Below are positions 44,408 through 59,063 of a DNA stretch of 64,000 bases, one piece after another. The notes beneath the pieces were generated by a model, which was not told the DNA's origin, made no database searches, and was given only the letters and a program-made list of their open reading frames with translations. Both the position numbers and the translations under genes were made by a program. The DNA is from Emiliania huxleyi CCMP1516 (lineage: Eukaryota), in NCBI RefSeq assembly GCF_000372725.1, contig NW_005201912.1:315711-379710 (forward strand), in the 5' to 3' direction. Each line of letters begins with the position of its first letter. Within the stretch, counting starts at the first letter, position 1.

Positions 44408-45664
44408 CTACGCGTAGCGCCACTCATCGCGGGTGCCGCCCGCCGCGCTGATGGGCTCATCCTGCGTCATGCCCTCCTCAAAGACGATCTCCTGCGCGTC
44501 GAGGAGGCTCAGGTCGAACTCCTTGATGAAGCGCACGTTAAGCTCCTCGTAGCCGCCGACCGCGCCCTCCGCCTTCCAGTCGACATGCCGCTTATAGTCG
44601 GCCACGATCTCGTCGATCGGGTCATCGTTGACGTACCGACGGATGATGCCGTAGATCATGCCAGTGCGGTGCATGCCACCCGCACAGTGGATGAGGATGC
44701 CCCCTTTCGGCGGCTCGCCGTTGGGGTTGAGCAGGTCCTTGATCTGCGATGCGCAGAGCATCATCGCGTTGCGCTTGTTCGCCTCGGTCCATTCGTCGGC
44801 GTCATCGACCATCCGGCGCCACTTGCGTGTCATCTTGCGTGCTCGCTCGTCAAAGTAGGACGGCAGCGCGCTGGACGACGCGTCGCGCATGTCCGCACAG
44901 ACCTTGGCCTCCGCCTCAAGCCAGTCCTCCAACGGGAAGTGGCCCGCGTACAGGTTGCACACATGCTTCACGACGCCGAGTTCGAGGGCAGTGCGGTAGA
45001 AGGAGCCGTGCTCCGCCGCGTCCGCCATGCACTGTGTCCGCACCAGCAAAAGTGGGCGGCCCTCCGTGTCGAACTTGCCCTTGAGCACGACCGCGCCGAC
45101 ATTCTGCCCGCGGTGGAAGTCGAACATGAGGCGCACGAGGTAGCCGAGAGTCGCGTACTTGGCCGCACCGAGCTGCTCCTCTGTCGGCGTGTGGCCGCAC
45201 GCCTTGGCGACGCCGTGGATGATACGATCCCGCGTCTTGATGATTTCGCCGCCCTCGCCCCAATAGGCCCGCCCGTTGCCCTTGAGACGATCGAGATCGA
45301 CACCGGCGGTGCGAAACGCCTGCTGCGTGGGGCCATCAAACTCCTGCGGCGACGCTGCGTCGTCCGGTCCTCCTTTGCCGACCGCATGCACGAAGAAGCT
45401 TTGCCAGCCACGGATCTGCGCCTCGACGACCTGCGTGCAGTGCGCCTCGGCAGCGGCGGCGGCCTCCGTGCTCAGGGCGTAAGCCTTCAATATTTTGCGA
45501 GTGAGCGCCGCGGACATTGGTACGACGGAATCGTTGTTCATGATCCGTGCGGTGATCGCAGCATGCTGCTCAACTGACGATGATGGTGGCGGCGCGGCGT
45601 CACTAGTGACCGGCCGCGGGGCTTCGACCAACGGCTTGGCGGGAGCCGACGCGCCACAACCCAT
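44408..45664 (-). CDS. CX5R tyrosine/dual-specificity-type phosphatase with N-terminal acylation motif, intronless
   Basis: MGCGAS start; ILIHCAGGMHRTGMI; IVADYKRH. Confidence 0.85.
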   Translation of the reverse strand: MGCGASAPAKPLVEAPRPVTSDAAPPPSSSVEQHAAITARIMNNDSVVPMSAALTRKILKAYALSTEAAAAAEAHCTQVVEAQIRGWQSFFVHAVGKGGPDDAASPQEFDGPTQQAFRTAGVDLDRLKGNGRAYWGEGGEIIKTRDRIIHGVAKACGHTPTEEQLGAAKYATLGYLVRLMFDFHRGQNVGAVVLKGKFDTEGRPLLLVRTQCMADAAEHGSFYRTALELGVVKHVCNLYAGHFPLEDWLEAEAKVCADMRDASSSALPSYFDERARKMTRKWRRMVDDADEWTEANKRNAMMLCASQIKDLLNPNGEPPKGGILIHCAGGMHRTGMIYGIIRRYVNDDPIDEIVADYKRHVDWKAEGAVGGYEELNVRFIKEFDLSLLDAQEIVFEEGMTQDEPISAAGGTRDEWRYA

Positions 45665-46399
45665 GCAGCTACCAACGTCGCCAAGGAGGTGAAGCCGAAA
45701 AAACACTCGTGCTCCTGGTGTGCGGTTGCCTTCTGCACGAAGGTTGCAGCGAGAATCGGAGAGAGAAGGCGAAGAGAGAGAGGAAGAGGCGGACGCCCAA
45801 GGGTGGGCGACGGCTAGCGCACCTCCTCCCGCCCCCCCCGCAGCCACCGCCGCGCGGCCGCCAATGCGACCGACCCCACCCTCCTTCCCCGACCCCGCCC
45901 TAGACGCCCCCGACAGCGAAGCCCGCGCCGCGCGCGGCACCACCACCGACTCTACCTCCGACCCCAGGGCCTAGGCGGCCCGCCATGAAATCTAGCCGTG
46001 TGTGCTGGCGTCCGGGTCCCAGCGGGTTTTCACGTAACAAGTACACACCACACCCCTCTCCTTAAAATCCCTGTGTGGTGGCGGCGTGCCGTCCTCCCAT
46101 CCGCATCCCTCCCTTGGGTTGTCTGTTTTCTTTCTTTCTTTCTTTCTTTCTGCTGACTGCACTCCAAGTGCTCCAAGTTTCGGGCGACTCATTACTCTGA
46201 TCTCTGTCGCCCAGCTCTAGCTCGGGATCTCACTTTTATTTTTTCTTCATCACTCATGTGACTCCCTCGGCCCTCACCGCGGCTCACTTCTCCTCGGCCT
46301 CACACACAGGTCGTCGCCAGGCCGGCTCCCACAGTACGAGGGGGCGCGAGGGCGAAGCGCGGGAAGCGGCTGCCTCGCAGGGCGGCGCCGCGGACTGGA

Positions 46400-46922
46400 G
46401 CATCGGAGTATGCCTCTACCGAGCAAGCGGCGCTGTGGAGCTGTGCGCCCGGCGCCGACCCGGAGGACATGCAGGCAGCAGCGGAGGAAAGACGAGACGC
46501 AAGTGTGTAGGTTGTTGGAGGATGACTCATCGGCGCCGCATCTTACAACGTATCGCACACGCACCGCGCGCTCCGCGAAGGTGGTCTACGATGGCGAGTG
46601 GATGTACAACAAGGAGCACGGTGAGGGCACCTTCTACCAGCCCGACGGCGGCTACTACACGGGCAGCTTCTTCGAGGGCAAGCGCCACGGGCAGGGCCAG
46701 TACACCTCGCCCGCCGGCGACGTCATGTTCAAGGGCGAGTGGCTCGACAACAAGCCCGTCACCAGCACGTCGCAGCTGAGACAACCGAAACAGTCGTCGA
46801 TGTCCGACGTGACCTCAAACCAGCCGGGCAAGCGCCTCTCCTTCACCAGGGAGCAGTCGCCCTCGACGGAGATGCTGCCACCTCCCTCCACGCCGAGGGG
46901 TCAGGCCGCGCCGGCAGCGTGA
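46400..46922 (+). CDS. MORN-repeat protein (5' structure uncertain)
   Basis: YDGEWMYNKEHGEG, YTGSFFEGKRHGQG, FKGEWLDNK. Confidence 0.7.
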
Positions 46923-47564
46923 GGCGCCACGGGCGCCGCACTGAGCCTTTGTGCACTATGTATGGGGTTGGGGGTTGGGAAGGCGGCGGCGGAGCACGCC
47001 CCCGCCCACCGCCACAGGACCAAGGGCCACAGGCACCGGCACCGGCACCGGTTGTGGGCCCAATCGGGCTAGGGGTGGTCGTGACGTCGTGGAGCGGACC
47101 GTGGCTCGCGGCAGCGCAGCCTGGGTGTGTGCGGATTGCATGTTGCCGGCCCGCGTTTTGGCGTCAAAACAGGCATGTCGATTATATACTCTCAGCTCCC
47201 AGGCGGTCTCATTTAGATCTACACCGACGTCACAATCATGAACGCCACACATCGCACGCAGACTATCTCACGGCGAGACGACTGTCTGGCACAGCCGGCA
47301 ACTCCCCCCGCGCACACACAGTGCACATGAGCACAAGAGGGATGCTGCATACAGGACATGCTGTGGAGGAAGGGGGAGGAGGGGAGACACACGAGGAATC
47401 AAACTACGACCGTCGGTGGGGTCACGCAAACACACGCTGTCTCGTGCGCCAAATAGCATCGCTTACGCGCTCATCGCATGCTGCCTGCACGGCAGTACGC
47501 CTCGCATCCCAAGCGCGTCGCTCATGAACAAATATGTGGCAGCGCGCTGCAGCCGTACGGCCTC

Positions 47565-50076
<2,512 letters not shown>

Positions 50077-50269
50077 GAGGAGCGTGGGAGTCGCCGGTGT
50101 CCTCTTTGTAGCCCCCTCCTTCAGCTGTGTTTGGGCATTTTTCTTTTCTCTTCTCTCGAGGTTCTCGAGGTTTAGGTATGTTGTTGGCAAACCAAGACAC
50201 AGAGCTCACACAGGATCACAGGTGGATATCCTTTGGCCGCGTTGGGTAGTTTCTATTCTATGTTGTGTC

Positions 50270-50502
50270 CTTTGGAGTGCTGGGGGGGGCGACAGGGTCA
50301 GGGAGGATGTATGTGGCCCTGAGTTATGTGTACGCCAACTCCGGGTGTGTGGCAGCCAGCTGGCTGTGATGTGTGTCGTGTGAGCCTGTTTGTGTCTGTG
50401 TGTCGCTCGTGCGTGTCGTCATCATCTGTCCAGCGTCCACCCATACCGCGTTGGTGTCCAGTCCGAGCCTGGCTGTTCTTCACCTTCCTACATACATACA
50501 TA
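50270..50502 (+). repeat. Dispersed repeat with (TACA)n tail, copy 2
   Basis: Inverted homolog of 17794-18010. Confidence 0.8.
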
Positions 50503-50959
50503 CGGCGACCCTCCGTATCCCCGGTGAAGGCGGCGGCATTGGAACGTACCGCCGCACCTCCTCCGAGTACATCCTATGGCTTCACAGGTATAGTGAACAG
50601 CGCGATTCGGAACGGTGGGCTCGCCCATACGCCATACCGGAGTGGTTCGAACCCACGCAACCAAACAAAACAACCCCGGAGGTGACGGGCATTGTCGTTG
50701 TCGGCGGTGATCTCAGGCCCAGTGAGGTAGTGCATCCGACCTGTCCCGGACGGATCCCGCTGAACAAGCTCCTCTGGTAGGAAGCTCGATCGATCGGTCA
50801 CACCGGCCGTCGCCGCCCACCACCCTGCCCCCCCGCTGGTATGCCAGCGCCCGGTCCCTTGCCCTCTCTCGCCCTTGCTCTTCCTCTCCCCCTCCATGCC
50901 GCTCCCCCCGTACCCCCCCCCCCTCCTCCCTCCCCCCCCCCTCCCCCTCCTCGCAGTAG

Positions 50960-51951
50960 GGCCCATGCCCCATGACCATGTTCCGGTAGAATGATTCAGT
51001 GTTGCCGAAAGCGACAAAAGCGCCCTTCCGACCGTGCTCCCCGCTGCTGCTGAGGGAACAGACGACCTGGACGTTGGCTCCGCAATAGTGCCTGCCGTGC
51101 GAGCCAATGTTGTCCGCATCCACGTCGGGTCGTTTGTTGTAACTCTGACCGAGGTGGGCTGTCGGCTCCATTCGCACAGCGGTGCCCCACGCGGCGCGTG
51201 GGGCGAGAATGAGTCGTCGAAGCGTGTACTTGTGTCTGGTATTGTGGCCCTGCTGCGGTACGTTGACAGCAGCGTCGCCATACTCGTCGTGGGTCTTCCC
51301 ATTCCGAGTCTTCTTGCCCGCCGCCGCGGCCTGGCAAGCCACGTCGAGGGGGAGACCCAGGCGGCGCTGCACCGAAAGACGCATCGCCCAAGTCTCCATT
51401 CGCATGTCATCCCGCATGGGGATGGCGTTGAGGAAGGCGCCGGCGCCATCCTGGCTCACCGCTACGAAGCGGACTGCCTCCTGCCAAGCCTCATGCTTCG
51501 CCCGCTCCCTGCCCTTGGCCTGCGCCTTGCCCCCCCCCGTCTTCCTCCTCCCGCGGCATGGGAGAGCCGACTTTGCGGAGCCCTCATCCCTTAGCTCGAG
51601 GGCGAGGGCGCGCCAGTTCCTGTTGTGGACCACCGTCGTGAAGCGCCTCTGCGCCTGGTGTAGGAACTCGTTCTTGGACGTGAATGAACTCGGGGAGGTC
51701 CAGCAGCTCCTTCTCCGGGACGGGCATTAAGAAAACAGGATTGCGCGGCACGCCGCCGTTTCTATAAGCCTCGTCCACAGCTCATCCACCCCACGCCGTG
51801 GTTTCTTAGCTCCGGCCAGGGCACTCAAGCCACAGAGCCGGCCCGAAGGGTTTTTAGGTAAGAGGGGAAAGCTGCGGTCCGCGAGGGCGATGCCAGAGTC
51901 TGCCGCCGCCTCGGCTCTCTGGATGACGGGAAGACGCACACACGCCTCCAT
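50960..51951 (-). mobile_element. Degenerate non-LTR retrotransposon 3' part (CRE-like, RLE endonuclease class)
   Basis: RLPV, GAGAFLNAIP, RRLGLPL, D.YGD, RH, RPD motifs typical of the post-RT region; stops and frameshifts. Confidence 0.65.
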
Positions 51952-52578
51952 CCACTCCTCCGCAGACTTGCTTGGAAAGTGACAAGTCTCAAGTGCGCGC
52001 GCGCCGCAGGCGAAGAGAAATTTTCAGCTGGGGCTCCCGTTCACACTCGTCTCTGGTCTCCTCCTTCCCATTTTTTCTTTTCTTTTGAGAGCAGGACGCC
52101 GGGTTTGTCTTGTATGTGCATGTCGGGCCTGGGTGTGTGTGAGGGGCAGAAGGGGCGGGAGCGTGCGGGGCAGAGGCCCATAACGGCGAGCGGCTTGTCG
52201 GGGTCCGGAGAGTTCGAGGCGGGAACGTGGAACGAGGAGGGGGGAATGGGCGGTCGGCGTCGGGGTAGAGCAACAGGCGCGTACGGGGTAGCCGTCACTC
52301 TCCCGCCTCAAAAGGGCGGGGCTGTCCCGGAAAGTGAGAAACGCCGGGCAGCGTGGCGCATTACTGAACCCTCCCATACGTGTTTGTGCCTCCTCCTTCG
52401 CTGTCCCATCTCCTCATCTCTTTCCCGCCTGGGCGGGGCAGCGGGCGGGCGCGCGGTGCGGTGCGGCGTGTGCGTGTGTGCGACTGCAACGAAGGACCGC
52501 TCGCAGAGGACCATTGGGTTTGTACTATTAACAACGAAGGCGCTCTCGAAAAAGAATTTCTGGGCCTGAGAGGTTGCA

Positions 52579-55360
52579 ATGACGCTGAGGAGCTGCTTCG
52601 CCGCGGCTGTCGCCGCGATCGCCGTTGCCGCCGCCATCCTCGCCGTCGTCGCCTCAGCTGGTCGCAGCTCCGGCCAGCCGCACGCCTCCTCTGTCGCCGC
52701 CAAAGCCACCATCGGCCAGCCGCACACCTCCTCTGTCGCCGCCAAAGCCACCATCGGCGTGCCCTTGCCATCGAGGAGAGAGACGAGCGCCGGCGTCGTC
52801 GCAGGCCGCACCACCGGGCAGCCGCACCTCCGGCCTCGCCGGCATCCGACGCAGCTCTGGTTCAACTCGTCGTTTGGCAGCGGCATGGTGCTGCAGCAGG
52901 CGCCGTCGACCGCGTCCGTCTACGGCCTCCTCCGCGCCTCCTCGCCCGCCGCCGTCCTGGTCACCGTGACCGCTGCCGGGGAGACGGCCGGGTACACGGT
53001 CGCCGCCAACGTCACCCCCTCGGCCTGCGCCGCCGGCTGCGGCGAAGCCGGCTGCGGCAGGCTGTACCACTGGCGCGCATTCCTCCGGCCGACGCCAGCG
53101 AACGCGACGGCGCACGTGGTGACGGCGCGTGCTGCCGAGGCCACCGCCCGGCTGACGGACGTCAGCTTTGGCGACGTCTTTCTCTGCGCGGGCCAGTCCA
53201 ACATGGAGATGGGGCTCGGCGCGGCGTTTGGCCACGCGGCGCTGCTGCAGCGGACGGCCGAGAGGCCGAGCCGCATCCGTGTGCTCTTCGACGGCGGGTA
53301 CCACCGCACAGCCGGTGCACAGGAGCACACCTGCGCTTGGCGCCGCGAGCCCGGCCGGCCAGGGTACGGCGGAGAGGCGCGATGGCTGCCGGCTCACCTG
53401 GCGGCGCTCGAAAACAGCAGCGCCGGCGGCGGGCAGCCGACGCTGCTGTCGGCGAGCGCGGTCTGCTACCACTTTGCGGATGCGCTATCGCGGCAGCTCA
53501 GACGCGACGGCGCCGAGCCGCCGCCGATCGGTCTCATCAGCGTTGCCTATGGCGGCTCCGCCGTCGCGCAGTGGCTTCCTCCGGGCAGCGGCGAGCCCCA
53601 GTGCCGCTACGCGCTCGGCGGGGAGCTCGCCGGCGGCGGTAGCCTCTTCGCGAGCAACGTGGCGCCGCACGTCGCGACGGCGCTCAAGAGCGTGCTGTGG
53701 TGTCCCTCCTTCGCCGCGCTGCTCCTCGTCGCCCCCTCTTCACGGCTGGCGGTTTGGACAGGTACCAGGGCGAGTCCGACTGCCGCAAGCAGGCCCTCGG
53801 CGGCGACGCCGTCTCCGGGGTGGGCTACGGCTGTCGGCTCACTGCGCTCGTCCGCGGGTGGCGCTCGGCTTGGGCGGCGGCGGCGGGCGGGGGCGCAGGT
53901 GGGGCGGGTCTGCCGTTCGGAGTGGTGGGCCTCGGCTCGGAGGCTTGCAACGGCCCCGACGGCGGCTGGGAGCTCGGCGGGCTGAGGTCGGCCCAGGCGG
54001 GCGGCTTCGGCACGCTCCCGTCTCCGTTGCTGCCAAACACGTTCCTGGCGCACACCTACGACCTCCCCGAGCCGTACCCTGGCGCCGCCTGCCTCCGCTG
54101 GCGCTGCTGCGACCCGGCGGGCCAGCCGCCCCGCGCCACCGCCGCCCTGGCGGCCAAGGAGCGTTTCGACGAGCGCGCGTGCAACGACTCGCACGCCGCT
54201 TGGGTCAACAGCTGGGCAGGCGGCGGCGGCGTGTCCAGGGGTCGTGCGGCCGCTCCTGAGGCTGGCGGCGCGGCGGCGTGCCGCGCCGCTTGCGACAGCT
54301 TCTTTGAGGCGCCGCCGATCGCAACCGTCTTGGGCGGCCTCCACCCGCGGGCCAAGCGGCAGGTTGGCGAGCGGCTCGCGGCGGCGGCGGCGGCGCACCT
54401 TTACGGCGGGAAGCGCGCCGCCGCGGGTGCCACCCTCTCCGGCTGCGCCGTCCGCGGCCGCTTCCTGGACACTTCCCTTCACAGCAGCTTGTGCCGTGAA
54501 CAGGTCCGACCCTCTCCGGCTGCGCCGTCCGAGGCCGGAGGCTGGTGCTGCGCTTCAACTCCTCGCTGCTGAGGGGGGAGAGGGTCGCGCTTCGGCTGCG
54601 GCCGGGCGCGCTCTCGCCGCTGCAGGTCCACACGACTTCACATCGGTTTGTTTCATTCCGTTGCACGGACTCTTCTTCTCTCGCCGCTGCGCAGGTGCTA
54701 CTCAACGCGTCGCAGTTCTGCCTCCACCCACTCATGCGCTGCCCCGCGGGCGCGGCCAGCTGCCCCGCCGCAAGCCGGGAGTGGTACTGCCCCGACCCGC
54801 TCTCGCACGGCGCGCTGCAAAGGCGGCGCGGCGCGAGCAGCGGCTTTGGAGCGCTGGCCGGTGCCCCTGGGCTCGCGATGGCGCGTAGCTCCAACTGGCC
54901 TCGCCTTGCGAGGCATGTCCAGGACACGTCCAGGTCATGTCCGAGACTTGTCCTTTAGGCGCGTAGCTCCAACTGGCCTCGCCCTGCGTCGCCCTTCGAC
55001 CCGGCGCACCAGGCAGGGGGGCCCGCCAGCTGGCTCTCGCTGCCCCTCACTTCGGCGATCTCCGCGCACGAGGTCGCGGTCGATCTCACGCCGCTGCGAG
55101 GGGCGCCGCCCGTCGCAGTGAGGTACCACTGGGGCGACCTCGCCGAGGGGGACCGCCGCGGATGCTGCGACGACGGCGACCCGCGCCTCCGCGTCACGGT
55201 GCCGTGCGAGCCGGCGGCGTGCCCGCTCGTCGCCTCGGGGGGGCTGCCGGCCAGCCCCTTTCTGGCGTTGCTCTCTGCGGGGCGGTGCCGTTGCATCCCG
55301 CCGCAGGTCTGCGACGAGGCCATCGACGGGCGAGATTTTCTACCTCGTACGTTGGTATAG
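52579..55360 (+). CDS. Sialate O-acetylesterase (SASA/SGNH) family protein, secreted or type II, multi-exon
   Basis: MVLQQ, FGDVFLCAGQSNM, SAVCYHF, PIGLI...GGS, W/YQGESD, LPFGVV, HPRAKRQVGERLA. Confidence 0.88.
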
Positions 55361-55593
55361 GAGTTAGTACGTGTGCGCTGGCGGAAAAGTAACTTAGACG
55401 AATGCATGTGCAGAGAGAAGAGTAGGCAGTACCAGTGTCTAGCTCGTCAAAAATGGACCTCTGTCCTCTCTCCGCTCTCGCGCTCTCCTCTCGGCTCAGT
55501 CTGAGTCTCTCTCTCTCTCTTCTCTCTATTATCTAGCTAACACACCCACACGACTAGCGACTACCAGTCTACTACTGGCGTCTGCTTAGTCCC

Positions 55594-56090
55594 TCAGAAC
55601 GGGAACGGGAGCACAAACGCGCCGCCCGCGGCGTTCTCGCGCTCCGCCATTCGCTCCGCCAGGCCTGGCACATTTGACTGGAAGGACGAGGAGCGCTTCG
55701 TCTCGTACGACGGCTCGTTGCCGCCGTCCTTCCGCACAATGGTCGTCGAGTACGAGGAGAAGGAGTATGAGACGCCGCCCATCGGGCCGCGCAGCGAGGA
55801 CAGCACGAGCAGGACCGCCGCACCTCAAGCAGAGGGTCAGGGCTGAAAGGGTTGTGCTCCTTTGGAGCGGAGCACAAGCAGGATTGCGGCGCACCGAGGG
55901 CGACTGCCGGCGCCGCGAGCGAACCGCGCGCCTGGCCGCCGGCCGGCGGCTCAGGCGCAGGCGGTGGTGGCGTGCCGCCGACGCGTCGGCCCGACGGCCG
56001 GCCGTCACGCAAAGCTGGCAAAGGCGTGCGTGAAGTGGGATGGGCCGAAGCGAGCAGCGGCAGGCGGTGCGTGTGTGTCGGCGTGAGTGC
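55594..56090 (-). CDS. Small hypothetical protein (exon structure uncertain)
   Basis: Coding-like 3' exon GGVSYSFSSYSTTIVRKDGG...FPF*. Confidence 0.35.
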
Positions 56091-56271
56091 CGCTGTATAT
56101 GTAGTCAGCGCGAGGAGAGTGGTGCCCACTTGCCACGATCGAATCACCGACATCCCGGGGCGCGATAAAAAACCTCGCTGGAAAAGACGCGGTAAATGTT
56201 TTTACTGCCCGCTCTGCACGCGCGGGCCCCATTCTACATTGGCTATATTGTGGTGGAGCGCAGTCGCGGTG

Positions 56272-56970
56272 TCAGTCGCGGTGCTTGAGCTGCTCGTTCG
56301 CGAAATAGCCCTCGGCCCACTTGACCAGGCCGTAGCTCCCGAGCATGGCGGGCCAGAAGCTGTACCAGCTGGAGGCGACCTCGGTCCCCTTGCCCACCAC
56401 CTTCTTCTTGATCTCGTACCAGAAGCCGCCAAACGCCTGCGAAGGGGTGGTGCGGGAGAGGCGTGAGCCGCCGCACGAGGATGGGGCGCGATGGCGCCGC
56501 TACTGGGCGAGCCCGCCACCGCCCTGGCCCACCCGCCGCGTGCGACCAACGCCAGGCCGCGCCCGCTCCTCCTGACCCTCCTGCCGCCCGCATCTCTTAG
56601 CAGCTGTTGCGTCCCGACGCGCGTCCGCCTCTGGTGCCCTAGATCCTCCCGCCGACCCGGCCGCGGGACGCGCCGGGCGGCGGCAGCGGCGGCCCTCACG
56701 CCGCACGCGCCGGTAGCTACTCCTACTATTGCTGCGCGGCGGCCGCTGCGCGCAGGCGCTGCGCGCCTTGGTCTCCATGCCAGACCACGAGTAGACGCGG
56801 TAGTTCTTGACGACGCCCTTCATCCTGCGTGCGGGCGACACGACGGTGGGCCGCGCAGGGAACGCGCGACACGGTGGGCGCGCGCAGGGAACGCGCGGAG
56901 GAAAGAGGCGCGCAGCAGACTGCGCGGCGCCGGTGGCTGGGTGCGCTCACAAGTCGCCGCCGCCCGCCAT
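56272..56970 (-). CDS. QCR8: Cytochrome bc1 complex subunit 8 (QCR8/UQCRQ)-like, ~80 aa, 3 exons
   Basis: MAGGGDL/MKGVVKNYRVYSWSGMETK/AFGGFW...GSYGLVKWAEGYFANEQLKHRD; size, YS.S motif, single TM and C-terminal E.L.HR fit QCR8. Confidence 0.65.
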
Positions 56971-57179
56971 GGTCGCTGCCGACGACGCTCCTGCGGGGAC
57001 GCGGGGTGCGGTCGGGGGGAATGCTTTCGGCGCCAGAGAGCGGACGCGCTGCAGCGAGCTCACGACAACAGCAGCCGGCGCCAACAAAAGAAACTAGGGG
57101 CACCCGTCTTCTTTTTTCCTGCGGAAGTTCAGAGGGTCGGCGCGACATTACACATTACCAGACCACACACGCGGGACAT

Positions 57180-58994
57180 GTTTTTGTTTTCTGACGATCA
57201 AACTGTGCCCCTCTCCGACGAGAACCGTCACCTCCTGGAAGGTGCGCCTTGCGCCCCCGCTCGCCGGATCGTACTGCCGTGCGTGGGCATCCGAAGGCCG
57301 CGCGTCGCGACTGATGACCAAGGTGGCGTTCTCGACGCCGTCGGTCGCAAAGAGCTCGGCCGCCGCGATGAAATCTCGAGCGTACGTGTTCTCAGAGGTT
57401 CTCAGTTCGCATCATCGTCTGCAACGAACGGAGAAGAGCCAGAACGCGATCCTTCTCGAGCCTGCTGGTGTTACTCGGCCATTTGAGATTGCCAGCACGC
57501 GCCTGGAACTCGTCGTCGTTTGCGGAGGCCTCGTCGAGCGCCGGGTCGTGCACGTAGAGCTGCGCAAAGCTTCTGGGCCATTGCGGGTTGTCCGGGTAAG
57601 GCTCGAGCGGCCCAATCTTGTGGTAGAGCTTGCCCTGGATCGCAACAGACGGCATATAACCCGACCGGCCAGGCCGATTGTCTGGCGTCTGAACCTTCTG
57701 AGAGGCGAGCGCGAGCCCGTTGTTCAGCACCTGCGCGCGCATGTGCACCCCGAATGGGCCCGCGCATGTGTCGACAATCACGCGAGCGGAGAGAAGAGGT
57801 GACGGTTGGGGAGGACGTTTTGAGAGGTAAACCCGGTCTTTTTGTACTGAGAACGCGCACGCTCGGGCCCGGTGGCGCTGGCTGTCGGTTCAGACAGGTT
57901 TCCTCATTCCGAGACACGGCAGCGGTTGGGGTGGGGGGTGGGAGAGGGAAGGGGGCGGCGCACATCCGCGCGTGGTGGCAAAGGTCCTTGGCGTTGCGAT
58001 CGTCTTTCCACAGCTCGTCGAGCGCCGCCGAGCGCTGCACCGGATCGAGACGCACCGCCCCTTTGCCGCAGCAGAGCGTGCCGCGCCAGCCCGTGCCGCC
58101 CTCGTCCTTGGCGGGCGGGACGCGAAGCGCCTCGTCCGGCCATAGCAAGGCTTTGCAGTACGTGCAGACACGCCAGTCGGCGGGGTCATCGGGCGTGAGG
58201 CTGCCAAGATCGACGTACGCAGCGGCCTCGTGCGCCTTGGGGTCGTACCTGAGCATCGCCTTGGCGCCCGCAGCCGGAACCGGAGTTTCGCCCTCCCGGA
58301 CGGGCCGCGCCGTGCTATTGCGCGCCTTGAGGTATCCGGACGGTCGATCTCGATCCTGCTCGCGCCGCACAGCGCTGCGCTGGCGCCCCTCGTCGCGGTG
58401 GCGAAGCCGTGACTGGCGTGCGGCGGAGGTCCGCCTCCACAGGTTGTGCAGCGCCCCCCGACTCGCGTCGCCTGCCATGTCGGCCGCCTCGGGATGGCCG
58501 CTCGCGATGAGGTACTGCCTCACCAGGCTCGTCCTCGTGGCGGCGTCGCGAATGCGAAGGATGTTGGGCCGAATCGGAGCGCCGGAGTCGTCGTACTGAA
58601 GGGTCGTCGGGGCGGCAGACGGGTTTGCGCCGGATGTTTGCTTCCAAAGGTAGCGCAGCTGCCCTCCTGTCACGTCGCCCGGCATGTCGGCCGCCTGGGG
58701 GTACCCGCTCTCGACGAGGTACGTTCGCATGAGGCTCGTCCTCTGAGCAGGGTCGCGAACGGCACGCAGGTCGGGCCGAATTGGGCGACCAGCCTCGTCG
58801 CGCTCGATGGTCAGTGGGGCTGCCGATGTAGAAGCCCCGGCGGAGGCAGCCAGCGCCAAAATTGCCAATGGGCTCGTCGGCCTGCTGCGCAGCGGTGGGT
58901 CGGCCGATGGCCGCTGGCGGCGCCGGGGCGGCGAGGGCCCCTCGTCGTCGCCCCGGAGGCGCGGCGGCGGCCGGCCGAGCGGTCGGGACGCCAT
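57180..58994 (-). mobile_element. Helitron Rep/helicase N-terminal fragment, intron-containing, 3'-truncated
   Basis: CTYCKALLWPDE...LCCGKG, NNGLALAS, IQGKLYHKIGPL, FAQLYVHD, YARDF, RQYD...EV; HUH and helicase motifs absent. Confidence 0.8.
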
Positions 58995-59063
58995 CTGTCA
59001 CGGGCAGGGCTTCGCCGAAGGGACGGCAGAGTTTTACGTTTGCAGCATTCGAGAGGCACATCG

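Noticed and set aside
50603..50803. Self-cleaving ribozyme or tRNA-Leu-derived head in the dispersed repeat
   Set aside because: No hammerhead or HDV core recognised; the gtgggttcgaacc similarity is not conserved in the 40.0-kb copy.
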